Part shown: positions 40,114 to 50,366 of the stretch, in pieces | Position numbering within the stretch: position 1 is the first letter of the stretch | Layout of the letters: each line of letters begins with the position of its first letter | Assembly: GCA_964019335.1 (NCBI GenBank) | Contig: OZ025711.1 | Location: 186,001-250,000 of the forward strand | DNA length: 64,000 nt | Reading direction: 5' to 3' | From: Diplonema japonicum | Taxonomy: Eukaryota; Protista; Euglenozoa: Diplonemea | Notes under the pieces: model-generated | Told to the model about the DNA's origin: nothing | Seen by the model: only the letters and a program-made list of their open reading frames with translations | The model's database searches: none | Program-made: the position numbers and the translations under genes

Positions 40114-41274
40114 CTATGCCGGCAATGGAGGGGGTGGGGGGACGTCTTCGTGATGCTCTACAAAGGCACCAACGCTCCATGTGGCTTCTTTATTCAACTG
40201 CACGCACGTGTGGTCTGTCTCCAGTTTTCGCAATATTGTGGACAAGAAGACAGCCTGCGGCACCTCACACCCCTTGAGCACCTCGTGCACATCGTCCACC
40301 AGGTACGGCTCATCGTACTCCAGTGACTTGGAATGCAGCAGCGACGCAAGTGGTTCGGCCACCACCACAAGGCCCTCCTGTCGCTTCACCTCGCAGCACT
40401 CTGCGTAGTGCAGCAGCGCTTCATCTCCTTTAAATTCCTTGCTAGTGTCGCAATCATGTCCTGCAACACCAAACACAGTATCCCCCAGGTACACAGCACA
40501 GTCCGCTTCGGGTACAACTGTTTTTTTTTTTTTTTTTTTTTCCCGTAAAAAAAAAAAAAAGAAATCCCACATACATTTTAATACCGCGTGCCACACTGAC
40601 CGCACCTCCTCGTCCTCCGACATTACTATGAAGTCAGCTTTCGAAGCAGCGGAGGCAGACCTCTTGAACCGTGCGAACTTCATCCTGTCGCACACACCGT
40701 CAAGCACGTCGCTCTTCACACTGCTGCAGGCTGTGATAAGGATGTCCGAGTCATTCAAGTCAACGGAGAGGTCCTTTATAGGGTTCAGGAGCTCTTCCTC
40801 TGTATCGTTCTGCAGGACACCAGTCACGCTGGGGAGGCGCAGCATGCCTTTCACTTCTTCTTTGTTGACATGGCCGTCTTGTTCGATGAAGAGAGAGACT
40901 TCTGTGTAGTCGCCGTGACACGAAACGACGACAGTGCTGTGCGTCTTGCGTATGGGGGGCTCATCCTCGTTGCTCTCCTGTGCAGTGCTATCACCGTCTC
41001 CGATACTGCTGCTTTCCAGTCGAGGGGTAGCAGGTGGTGATGGTGGGGGCGACGGAGGCTGGCTGTCAGTATCCGCGCTGCTGCTCACGACGCTCCTCAC
41101 ACGCAGCTCATCTAAATGCGGCACCGGTGGCGTGCTGATCGGGGACACGTTCTTGCTAGATATCGGCGACGGCAGCTCCAACGTGCCTCCTGTGCACACA
41201 CTCGCTCTTCTTTTCTCTCTTTTTACATCCGCCCTGAAGACCTCTGGTATCACCAGCCTCCCATGGATCGGCAT
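40114..41274 (-). CDS. Hypothetical protein (~367 aa); 2 exons, 57-nt in-frame intron 40518-40574
   Basis: ATG at 41274 after CAG. The CMWDFFFFFLREKKKKKKT stretch in the track ORF is a GTATG..poly-T/poly-A..CAG intron. No family recognised. Confidence 0.65.
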   Translation of the reverse strand: MPIHGRLVIPEVFRADVKREKRRASVCTGGTLELPSPISSKNVSPISTPPVPHLDELRVRSVVSSSADTDSQPPSPPPSPPATPRLESSSIGDGDSTAQESNEDEPPIRKTHSTVVVSCHGDYTEVSLFIEQDGHVNKEEVKGMLRLPSVTGVLQNDTEEELLNPIKDLSVDLNDSDILITACSSVKSDVLDGVCDRMKFARFKRSASAASKADFIVMSEDEEVRSVWHAVLKCMWDFFFFFLREKKKKKKTVVPEADCAVYLGDTVFGVAGHDCDTSKEFKGDEALLHYAECCEVKRQEGLVVVAEPLASLLHSKSLEYDEPYLVDDVHEVLKGCEVPQAVFLSTILRKLETDHTCVQLNKEATWSVGAFVEHHEDVPPPPPLPA

Positions 41275-41723
41275 GTTCTGTAAGTAAAGTTCAGATCTGA
41301 TCACAGAGAAACAAAAACATGAATAAAAGAGAGTTGGAAAGACAAACCACATGTATGAATGAGGTCTTACACATCAAGTATCGTTTCGGGATACAGAGGC
41401 TGATGGGTAGAATGGGCTTTGCGGAGAGAAAAAAGAAATTCACTGTGATAGGAAATCAAGTTAGCAACGGCGCACCGCGGTGGTGGTGGCCTTACGAAGC
41501 TCCCCTTTAGGGTGGCTCCCTGCTACCCATCGTAGTGTCTAGTTGACGCAAAAAGAAAAAAAAGACATGAGTCACCGCATTATGAAAGGATCCGGCACAT
41601 AGTGGATGCTACAAGGTGATGCAATAGGGTCACCTTGCTACTGGACGGCGCGACATGGCAAACACTTCACTTGACAGTTTCTTTTTTACATAGACACTAA
41701 ACGTTGGTGTTGGGGGGTGGTGC

Positions 41724-44114
41724 TCACCACCACGGTTCGAATGCAAACAGCACTTGTGGGAAGGGAACCTGCACTGCAAGGGATGCTGTGATCTCAGTGC
41801 CGTGCCCCCTGGACAAGGTTAGGGTGCGGGATGTGGTCTCCAAATTTTGAACACCTTGCGAGGTAACGGTGTAAAGGGCAGTGGCGGGGACCTTAAAGGT
41901 GATCTCCGATGACTGACCTGGAGCAAGGTGCACCTTTTCCCAAGCAACAAGCCTTCTGTTCTCACCTGGAGCAGATGTGTACAAGAACACCACCTCAGCA
42001 CCAGCAACAGACCCTGTGTTCATAACCTTGCAAGTCATCATCGAAACAGCGTCTTTGGACGTGAGCACTGCAGGCGTGGGCTGCGCCACCCACTGCAGGT
42101 CAAAAGTGGTGTAGCTCAACCCGTAGCCGAACGGGTACAGGGGCGTGCCCTTGTAGTACCTGTAGGACCTCCCGGGGCCTGCCTCCATGGACATGTTCAG
42201 GAAGTTCACCTCATTGATGTAGCTCGAGTGGTACATGGTGACGGGCATCTTGCCGCCGGGAACGTTGTCGCCGAAGATAGTCTCAGCAACAGCCTGGGCA
42301 CCCGTAGCACCGGGCATGAAGGACTCGAGGATGGCCTTCGAAGTGTTCTTCAGGTCGTCGATGGCGATGATACCACCGTTGATGAGCAACAGGACAGTTT
42401 TGTCCGCTGCCACCTGCAGCACGGCATCACACATGCTCTTTTGTGTGGCCTCCAAGGCAATGGTGTACCTGTCGTGTCCTTCGCCACCACCGTCTAGGGC
42501 ATTGCTCGCAACCAGCACAACGTAGTCAGCAGCCTTCGCTGCTTCCACTGCCTGATTGATCAGGGAGCTGCTCCACGATTTCTGGTCGAGAACTGTAGTG
42601 GCACCACCGCCAACCTTCTTCACCATGTCATAGATAGTTGGGATGCAGCCGAAGCCTCCGCTGGGACACAGTGGCCCATTGTAGTTCCCGAGAATGTCCT
42701 CAGCAGTGTTTGAACTGGTCCCGATCACCGCCACAGTCTTGCCCTTAGCAAGCGGCAGCAGACCATTGTTCTTCAGCAGGACCTGCGACTGCCTCGAGGT
42801 TTCAAGACTGAGGGCCTGGTGCTCCGCGCAGCCAATCTTTTCAAGTGGGATCTGCTTGTACGGGCTGGTCACGTTGGCGTCAAACATCCCCATCTGGAAC
42901 CTTGACCTGTAGCTGTCGTACAGAGCTTTGTTCACATCCTCTTGAGTGATCAGCCCCTGGCTCATAGCCTTGGGGATCCCTTCGTTGTAGGTGTTCCCTG
43001 AGTCGATGTCAGTGCCGCTCTTCAAGCAAACTGCCGTGGCGTGAGCCTGGTCGGGGGCGTAGTGGTGGGTCTGCCAGATGTCAGCGCAGGAGTCGGTGTC
43101 CGATGTGATGTAACCATCGAAACCCCAGCCCTTCAGGATGTCAGTGAGGGCAGGGTTCCCGCAGGTGGGGCGTCCGTTCACCATGTTGTAGCTGCACATG
43201 ACGCCCTTGGCACCGTTGCCGATGACCTGGCTGAAGGCAGGGAGGTAGGTGTTGGTGAAGTCGTAGGCGCTAACGTTGGCATCGAAGTTATGCCTTGTGA
43301 CGCCGTTGAAGTTTTCAACGGAGTACGCGACCCAATGCTTGATAGTCACGGTGGCCTTCATGATAGTATCGTCTTCTCCGTACTGCAGGCCCTCAAGGTA
43401 GGCAGAGCCGAAACTGCCACACACGAGAGGGTCCTCACCCGGAGATTCCACATTGCGTCCCCACCTAGGGTCCCTGTTGATGTTGATGGTGGGCGACCAT
43501 GTGTTCAAGCTGTTGTGGTTCTGGCTGTTGAAGTAAGCACGCAGCTCGGTCCCAATGACTTGCCCCATGTCCTTCACGATGGACGTGTTGAATGCAGAGG
43601 CCATGGACACAGGGGAAGGGAAGGCAGTGGGGCACAGGTTCCCAACGCAGGTGACGTCCTGCACACCGTGGATGGCATTGGTCCCCCAATAGTAGGAAGG
43701 AAGCCCCAGGCGATCGATTGCGGGAGACTCTCTTGCCGTGAGCTGGAATCCTGACTCAGAGAGTTGCACTCTGCTCACAAGGTCGTTAAGACGAGCATCC
43801 AAGGACAGTTTGGTGTCGCAGAAGGGGTAGGCGGTGGAGTTGGCCTGCATGCAAGCATTCCATAATCCCTTGTTGCCGCTCAGCCCAGACACCCTGTCAG
43901 TGGCATTGGTCTTCGCGCCCATGTTGTCCTTCAAGAAGCAGTTCCCATTAGTGGTGTCAAACGTGAACGCAACGCACGAGATGTCAGCCGCACACTTGTT
44001 ACAGCAATCTCCAGAGCTAGTGGAATTCAATAATTTGATAAAGCCAGTTCCAATGATGACATCCGTTTCATACGTGCAGACAGCCAGAGCGGCTACAGAG
44101 AGAAGAGTAAGCAT
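41724..44114 (-). CDS. Secreted glycoside hydrolase family 3 (beta-xylosidase/alpha-arabinofuranosidase-like) with N-terminal PAN/apple domain and C-terminal Fn3-like domain
   Basis: Signal peptide; CC..C.....C.AFTF.....CFLK (PAN); WSPTININRDPRWGRNVESPGEDP, KHW, VMCSYN, GYITSD, EGHDR, GRSYRYY, YPFGYGLSYT. No intron needed. Confidence 0.93.
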   Translation of the reverse strand: MLTLLSVAALAVCTYETDVIIGTGFIKLLNSTSSGDCCNKCAADISCVAFTFDTTNGNCFLKDNMGAKTNATDRVSGLSGNKGLWNACMQANSTAYPFCDTKLSLDARLNDLVSRVQLSESGFQLTARESPAIDRLGLPSYYWGTNAIHGVQDVTCVGNLCPTAFPSPVSMASAFNTSIVKDMGQVIGTELRAYFNSQNHNSLNTWSPTININRDPRWGRNVESPGEDPLVCGSFGSAYLEGLQYGEDDTIMKATVTIKHWVAYSVENFNGVTRHNFDANVSAYDFTNTYLPAFSQVIGNGAKGVMCSYNMVNGRPTCGNPALTDILKGWGFDGYITSDTDSCADIWQTHHYAPDQAHATAVCLKSGTDIDSGNTYNEGIPKAMSQGLITQEDVNKALYDSYRSRFQMGMFDANVTSPYKQIPLEKIGCAEHQALSLETSRQSQVLLKNNGLLPLAKGKTVAVIGTSSNTAEDILGNYNGPLCPSGGFGCIPTIYDMVKKVGGGATTVLDQKSWSSSLINQAVEAAKAADYVVLVASNALDGGGEGHDRYTIALEATQKSMCDAVLQVAADKTVLLLINGGIIAIDDLKNTSKAILESFMPGATGAQAVAETIFGDNVPGGKMPVTMYHSSYINEVNFLNMSMEAGPGRSYRYYKGTPLYPFGYGLSYTTFDLQWVAQPTPAVLTSKDAVSMMTCKVMNTGSVAGAEVVFLYTSAPGENRRLVAWEKVHLAPGQSSEITFKVPATALYTVTSQGVQNLETTSRTLTLSRGHGTEITASLAVQVPFPQVLFAFEPWW

Positions 44115-44183
44115 CTTTTTCCTGGAGTGCAGGTGTTAACCATTGAAAAAAAGTTTACAAGAAGAAGTACAATACAAACTAGG

Positions 44184-44777
44184 TCAGCGCGTGAACTCAA
44201 GCATGGCGGATAATTCATTGCACCTGCTGTGCACCTGTGCCAGTCTACAGGAAATCGAACCAGGGGTGTCGACTTCCGTTCTCTCTGACCACCAACTGAA
44301 GGGCTCGTCCTCCCAGGGTGATAGGTTGGGGTTGGCAATGCGACGCGATAGCCCTTCCTGTGCTAGGATTTCAAGAATTCTAGAGGATGTGCCTGACGTA
44401 CTGTGCTGCTTGTAGTACGATATAAGATTCCTTGCAATGCGTGTGGCCCTTGTGTAGCTGACCTGTTCACCCCCTAGTGCTTTCTGCAGCTCGCCGCTTC
44501 CCAGAAGCTCGTTCACCAATGTCGATACCCTCGTGTCGTCTTCCCTACTCTTGTCATTGTGGTATGATGCCAAAGCCTTCTCCAGCTCGTACTCCACTTC
44601 GGTGAGCGCTTCCCTGTCCCGAGTTGTCCCTTCATCATTCACAGGCGACGAATCGCCGAACATCTTCTCATAGGATGCCAGCCTACCCAGCAACAGCTCT
44701 TCCTTCTGCTCCATTACCGAAATCAAGTCGTGTTGTTTTTCCATCTCTGCCTCCAGTCTCCGATACTGCTCCGCCAT
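44184..44777 (-). CDS. Hypothetical coiled-coil protein (197 aa)
   Basis: ORF on the gene-bearing strand, CAG 4 nt before ATG, coiled-coil N-terminus. Confidence 0.65.
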   Translation of the reverse strand: MAEQYRRLEAEMEKQHDLISVMEQKEELLLGRLASYEKMFGDSSPVNDEGTTRDREALTEVEYELEKALASYHNDKSREDDTRVSTLVNELLGSGELQKALGGEQVSYTRATRIARNLISYYKQHSTSGTSSRILEILAQEGLSRRIANPNLSPWEDEPFSWWSERTEVDTPGSISCRLAQVHSRCNELSAMLEFTR

Positions 44778-44827
44778 TTTGCTGTAGTTCCTTTCGGCGA
44801 TGAGATCAGGTCACGAGTTTCGCGGCC

Positions 44828-46903
44828 TTAAGTTAAAATCCATTTACTAACCTCGCAAGGAGGTACGGGGTCTAGAGTACTCAGGCACGCAGCGAGATCG
44901 GGCTTCCACCTGCTGATGAAGCCCTCTTCACCGCCCTCATCGTCACTGTCACTGTCTCTGTCCCAGTCGTGCAGCGCTGTTGTCGTTGGAGAGAAAACGG
45001 CCCCATTGACTAACTGGAAGCCCTCTGCCTCCATGCGTTTCTTGATGCTAGATATCAGTCGCACAGAGCACGATTTCAAGTCACCGGTGCTGAGCACCTG
45101 TAGCACCGCTTTACAGATGCATGTCTCTGTGTTCTTCCTGCTCAGCACCTTGCAGCAGCATGTCACAATCGTGTCTGCGATGTCCTCTTTAGGGGCATCG
45201 TGCTTCAGGTTTTTCGGGTTTGCAGTTATTCGGCCCCGCACGACGTCTCCCCACGATGTCCTGTCGGACTCCGTTAAGGACACAGTGTTCAAGATTGGCG
45301 ACGCAGGGAACAACAGTGTTTCCGTGTCTTTCAGCAGCATGGCACACCTTCTAAGTGCCTCAAGTAAGTTGCAAGCACCGTTCACGTCGACAGTGGACTT
45401 CAGCATCTGCACGATGCAGTTCACGACAACAGAAAGGTCAGAGTAGCTGACCACAGTAGGGACGGCATCAGCTAAGATACGAGTCAACACAGGAGTGCTG
45501 TTGGTGTCATCGATGATGTCAGGAAGGTGTCTTATGGCTTGTGATGACATCCTGCGGGAAACGTAAGCAGCATGAGCAAGCTGCCTGCTGACACCCCAGA
45601 AGCCGCTGACGCATTTTGGCGACGACACGTGGCCAACGCTGAGCTTCATGCTGTTCTCCTTCCACAGCACCCAGAACGCGAGCTCGTCGTTCATAGCAAC
45701 CTCTTCGCTGATATTGACATTCTCCTGCACTATGCAAGTTGCAAGGTGCGGTATCACCTGGGATTTCATCCTTTTCAGCTCAAACTTGTCCCCGCATGAC
45801 ACTACATTCACAAGAGGCACGAGGTACTGTCGTGGTACAAGTGATCGCAGCAAGAGCTCCTCAAGAACAAACAACATTCCCTCCTGCAGCTCCCAGTCAC
45901 TGCTGCCCATGTTCAAGATGTTGTCCATCACGTCGTGCACTCTATCCTCATCCTGCGTGCAGCATGCGACCAACACCGATGCTGCCGTCTGCCTCGTCAC
46001 ACTGGACCCACTATGCAGCAGCTGCGACACTTCGTATACCATGTCACGGAGGCAGAGGGGCGGAAGCCGAGGTACGAGACCTTGCAGAACTAGGAATATA
46101 CCGCTGCACTCTTGCGGTGATTTAAGCATGTGCAGTAGGTACTTGAAAAGCCTCAAAGCAAAAAGAGTGCAACTGTTACTTGCAAGTGTAAGCACCAACG
46201 TAGCACAAGCCTCGCTGACAGACACTTGCTGGTGCGTGAGGTGTTGTGTCATCACAAGGAATACGTCAAGAGGGGGCGGGCACAGGGGAGTACACACACT
46301 GAAGTAGTCGACATGTTGCAGGGCCTCCTCGCATAGCTCGGTATGGAGGGAAGTGTAGTGGCTGTCCAGAAGTGGCAAAGGGGCGTGCTTGTGGACGTTG
46401 TTGAGTGCCAGCAGCGCACCCTCCACAACATGCCAAGCAGGGGATGACAGCAATTTGTGCAGCTCATCCACCAGAGACGAAGGTGGGTCGATGCTATTGA
46501 AGACCTTGGCTGCTATTTTTCTTGTTGCTGACCAGTCGTCCTGCAAGCCTGCAAGCAACAGAATGCTTTCTGCGTCACCACACTTAAAGTCTGCGTTCTT
46601 CGTGAAAACTGTGAGGAGCTCCCTGCGAACCGCGGGAAGCTTGGAGTGGTACCCTTTGCTCTGCACCAGGAAGGCAACGCCCATCGCCTTCGCCTTGCTG
46701 ATGTTCCATGTCGCCCGAGTCTTGCTGCGCACTGTGAGGGACTCGTACTTCGCACCCAGCAGTTCCTCAGAGCCAGCCACGCTCACACCACACATCCCCG
46801 CTACAAGTAGACACTCAGAGGGCACTTCTCCCTTAGTTATGCCCCATTCCCTGGACACTATCGCTGCCACAGCTTGCACCTTCGCAGCGTCATTCATCTG
46901 CAT
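44828..46903 (-). CDS. HEAT/ARM-repeat-like helical protein
   Basis: Probable start MQMNDAA right after CAG. HEAT-like segments LQDDWSATRKIAA, LSSPAWHVVEGALLAL, LHSGSSVTRQTAASVL, SSDWELQEGMLFVL. Confidence 0.7.
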   Translation of the reverse strand: MQMNDAAKVQAVAAIVSREWGITKGEVPSECLLVAGMCGVSVAGSEELLGAKYESLTVRSKTRATWNISKAKAMGVAFLVQSKGYHSKLPAVRRELLTVFTKNADFKCGDAESILLLAGLQDDWSATRKIAAKVFNSIDPPSSLVDELHKLLSSPAWHVVEGALLALNNVHKHAPLPLLDSHYTSLHTELCEEALQHVDYFSVCTPLCPPPLDVFLVMTQHLTHQQVSVSEACATLVLTLASNSCTLFALRLFKYLLHMLKSPQECSGIFLVLQGLVPRLPPLCLRDMVYEVSQLLHSGSSVTRQTAASVLVACCTQDEDRVHDVMDNILNMGSSDWELQEGMLFVLEELLLRSLVPRQYLVPLVNVVSCGDKFELKRMKSQVIPHLATCIVQENVNISEEVAMNDELAFWVLWKENSMKLSVGHVSSPKCVSGFWGVSRQLAHAAYVSRRMSSQAIRHLPDIIDDTNSTPVLTRILADAVPTVVSYSDLSVVVNCIVQMLKSTVDVNGACNLLEALRRCAMLLKDTETLLFPASPILNTVSLTESDRTSWGDVVRGRITANPKNLKHDAPKEDIADTIVTCCCKVLSRKNTETCICKAVLQVLSTGDLKSCSVRLISSIKKRMEAEGFQLVNGAVFSPTTTALHDWDRDSDSDDEGGEEGFISRWKPDLAACLSTLDPVPPCEVSKWILT

Positions 46904-46986
46904 CCTGTGGTGAGCATGTCGGCAATACAGCACTGCACGCATTGCACAAATATAGGTGGTAATGTACAGTAGTTCCGCCTCTCGTA

Positions 46987-47803
46987 CTAGCTTAAGAAAA
47001 ATGCAAGCAGAACGGCAACAAAGAGCAGCAGCAGCGCTGCAGTGTAGTTGGTGGAGGCTGCCGGCGAGACGACGCGAAGCACCTGGTCGTGCGACTGGAT
47101 GCAGATGGTGTCGCCGACCTGGCAGGAATCAAAACCTTCTGCGGTGAGGTCTTGTAGAAGGGGGCTGTGTTTTTATTGAAAATGGTTCGTACCATACCAA
47201 GGCCATGACTGGAGCTGTTTGGTCCTGCCTACTCTGACCAAACACTGCACTGGGTGCGATGGGGACTTGCTGTTAGCAAGGGGCACACCGTGCTTGGTCC
47301 TGTCGCCTTTAAGAATGTGCTTTGCAGCATGTGCAGCATCGCCCCCGTACCACAGCGTGACGACCTTGCTGTTGAGCCGTGCCTCCCGCAGTGCATACGC
47401 CGTCTTGCTCACAGTAACGGAGTCCCCGAAGGTGGACGCTACCGTCACCACGTCATCTGCCTTGCTGAAGCTTTCGTTCGCGGATTTTATGATCTTCTGT
47501 TTCATTGCTTCAATCTCCTCTTCGGTGCATCCCATGGCCTTCACCACGAAGGGCATCTTCCATAGCTCGCCGGCAGCTGTTCCTCTTGCCACGACACACT
47601 GGTAGCACACGTTCTCTATCGGGGTGCCTTGCACAGACCGCCGTGACACGGAGAAGCCACAAAGCTGGAGGGGGGAAACAAAAATATTTTCCCCCCCATA
47701 ATCTTTTTTTTCATACCAAGCAGTTATCGTTCAGCTGTGCCCTGCCAATCCCCCCCAGCGTCCCGGACCTGAAGGGCGACAGTGTGTCTTGCTCGACCTC
47801 CAT
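46987..47803 (-). CDS. Tail-anchored protein with N-terminal CxxC..CxxC and a degenerate Gig2/PARP-like segment; 3 exons (47803-47717, 47664-47198, 47164-46987), ~243 aa
   Basis: Introns 47665-47716 (52 nt) and 47165-47197 (33 nt), both GTATG..CAG, give a continuous frame ending in TAALLLLFVAVLLAFFLS*. The ART-like assignment is tentative. Confidence 0.7.
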
Positions 47804-48112
47804 CTTCCTGTGCTGGCTGTGGACTGGCAGTGCTGGTGAAGCAGGGGGGCGAGTGGGGTTCTAGACAATATCGAAATAAGGGGAAGGAGAAGGAGAAGAA
47901 GAAATAAGGGGATATTTCTTTTTTTTTCTTTAACAGCCAACCACGCACCTTCCAGCCATGAACAACTCAAGTACCGCATCAGGCTACGGTCATCAATTAG
48001 ATAAAGATGCACCGGCCACTGCTTCGGGTACTATGTGGTCGAGTGCGGCGCACATGCGGGAAGCGGGAAGGAAAATGAGAAGGGAAAAAAAAAAAAAAAA
48101 AAGAAAACGTGC

Positions 48113-48152
<40 letters not shown>

Positions 48153-48798
48153 AGGAAGGAAGGGCAGAACCTGATGTAGGTGGGTAGAAAAAAAAAAAGG
48201 AAGACGAAAAGGAGTCTTGCATGACAACGCCACCAACCCCGTGTCGGAGAAGAAAGGTACTTAGAGGGAAAATATTAAAACGATCCCTTTTTATTTTATT
48301 TCTTTTTTTTTTTTTTCTCTTTTCACCGCCATTCTTTCTCCATGTGGTGCCAAGTTGCGCTACACTTTGCTTTCTTTTCTTTTTTTTAAATATTTCGTTT
48401 TCGTGTAGTAAAAAAAAAGGGAGGGGAAGAAGAAAAACGAAAACCCGCCGCCCCTTATCTCAAGCTCTTTTCAGCTGTTTCTCGAATAGGAGAAAGAAGC
48501 TGTACCATTTCATTTGCAAACAGCGGGTTTTGTGTGATTTTCCTTGAAACAAGTAAAATAATTTGGATGTGGTCGTCCTTCTGCTGGGAGTTACTCCTTT
48601 GGAGGGGGGGAAAAGAAAAGAAAATGAGTAAAAGGAAAAAGGAGTAAAAAGATAACACAGACACACGCGATTGCTGTTTTGTTTTGTTTATTGTTATTTC
48701 TTTTCTTTTTTTTTTTCTTTTTTTTTTTTTTTTGTTGTTTCCCCAGTTGGTCGTTTAAAACCAGTCGAAGCGGTACAGAAAAAATTTAAATATATCTC

Positions 48799-49831
48799 GA
48801 GCTCGTCCGGAAAAAAATGTCAACAAATGACCCTCCTATGCGGCGGAAAACCCCCGTTAAATTTCTAAGTAGAAAAGTAGTCCGACACCACTTTGTATGC
48901 AGAAATGCAGTCTAAGCTTGATCACCATATAGGTCAAAATGCTCGCCGTTTGTTTTATTTTTAAAATGCACGTGCAAAAACATGTTTTTTAGAATGGTTT
49001 TTGGCAAACGATTCAATTTGGAAGTTACAAATAAACCAGACTCCATTTTTTTATTTTCGTTTTTCCGTGAAAAGCGACAGGAGGAATGGATACAGATTTT
49101 CAGCCCCAAATGAAAATCTGTGAAACCTTTGGGGTCATTTTGGGTGGGCTGGACTCTAAATCACTATTAAAATGGGGTGGGGAGAACTTACCCTTAATGT
49201 GCCATTTTGGCCTATTTAAGGCTTTTAAAACCCCTTAAAAAAGCAAATTTTTCACTTTTAAAGTATTATGAGTGCAGAAGAAAAGGAAAAGTCAGCAGAT
49301 GGGTAGAGAATAAAAGTTTGACCCCAAAGATACCAATGTCGAAGCTCTGCATGAGCAGGCAAGTGTTAAGAATCGGTTTTTCTGAAAAAGGCCAAAATCC
49401 CTTAGGAACCCCTTAATAAAGCCAAAAAATAGGGTGTAAAAAACCGGATTTTCGGGGGCTATGCGGCGCCATATATTTTTCGCTAAGTACTTTTAACAGT
49501 AACCCGACCCTGGGTTGTACCCAGGGGTCACAAGTGCGCTTGATCACCAATTTTATGCACCCTAGATGCTGCATTTTAAGCAATAAAATTGCATTTTAAA
49601 CATTTTCCGCCGTTTTTCTGACCTCTATTTTTCGCTTCCCGGGGGCAGCCGGTTGCAAAGCCTGCCACCCTCATGGCAAAACAAGCATCGCAATTGAAAG
49701 AACGGCGTCATGTACACCATGTATGTCATCTTCCTATGGTTGCATGCTGCCCTTTTTTTGCTCAAATAATCAAAACAAGAAATCTTCGGAGGTGCCCAAA
49801 AAAGTGTTGACATTTTCTTTCGGACGAGCTC
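48799..49831. mobile_element. Non-autonomous TIR DNA element (MITE-like), ~1,033 bp
   Basis: 27-bp terminal inverted repeats with 2 mismatches: GAGCTCGTCCGGAAAAAAATGTCAACA (48799) vs TGTTGACATTTTCTTTCGGACGAGCTC (ends 49831). AT-rich interior with no transposase ORF. Absent from the paralogous site at ~53105-53166. Confidence 0.85.
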
Positions 49832-50366
49832 ATATATAAAAAAAAAATTAAAAAAATAAAAAGTACGTCCCTTTAAGCCCAGTTTCAAGAGAAACTCGAC
49901 ACAACTTCAGTGCGCATGGGTTACTATTCAAGAAGAAATGCACACTAATCGGTCACCGTTCTGCGGTTGCTGTCTGGTGCCTGCGGTGGCTGCTTGTCGC
50001 TATGAGCTGCCAAGGGCTAAATAATAAAAAAAATATATAAAAGTATTTGAGGGACAAACAACCCAAGCTCCTTAGCCTGCCAAGGGATAAGGAGAATAAG
50101 TCTCAAAATTCCCATTTTCTTTTTTCTTTTATTCTTTCTTTAGGAGCTCGATACAGCGCTTTTATGCGCTTTCCCGATAACAATGCTGCTTCTTTTCTGA
50201 TAAAGAAAAAGGACAGTGTATTTCTCTACCCCCTCCCTTTCTTTTTAATTTCCCTTTAAAGAAACGAGAGATATTGCAGTTGAAGGTTTTGCACAACACT
50301 GCTGAAGGGGGGGAGGAGGGGGTGTAAAATCTGGGCCCAGACCTTTCACTGACAAGTGAAAACCTA

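Noticed and set aside
48741-48785. TTTCTGTAC on the minus strand (also ~53105) resembling the euglenozoan spliced-leader 3' end
   Set aside because: Only 9 nt match. It lacks the following TTTATTG/GT and the AAC-start 5' part, so it is not an SL RNA gene.
48150-48790. Conserved blocks between poly-A/T runs as a possible snoRNA cluster or micro-exon gene
   Set aside because: No paired C/D or H/ACA boxes and no consistent GT-AG frame seen; conservation is explained by the segmental duplication. An Infernal/Rfam scan would settle it.
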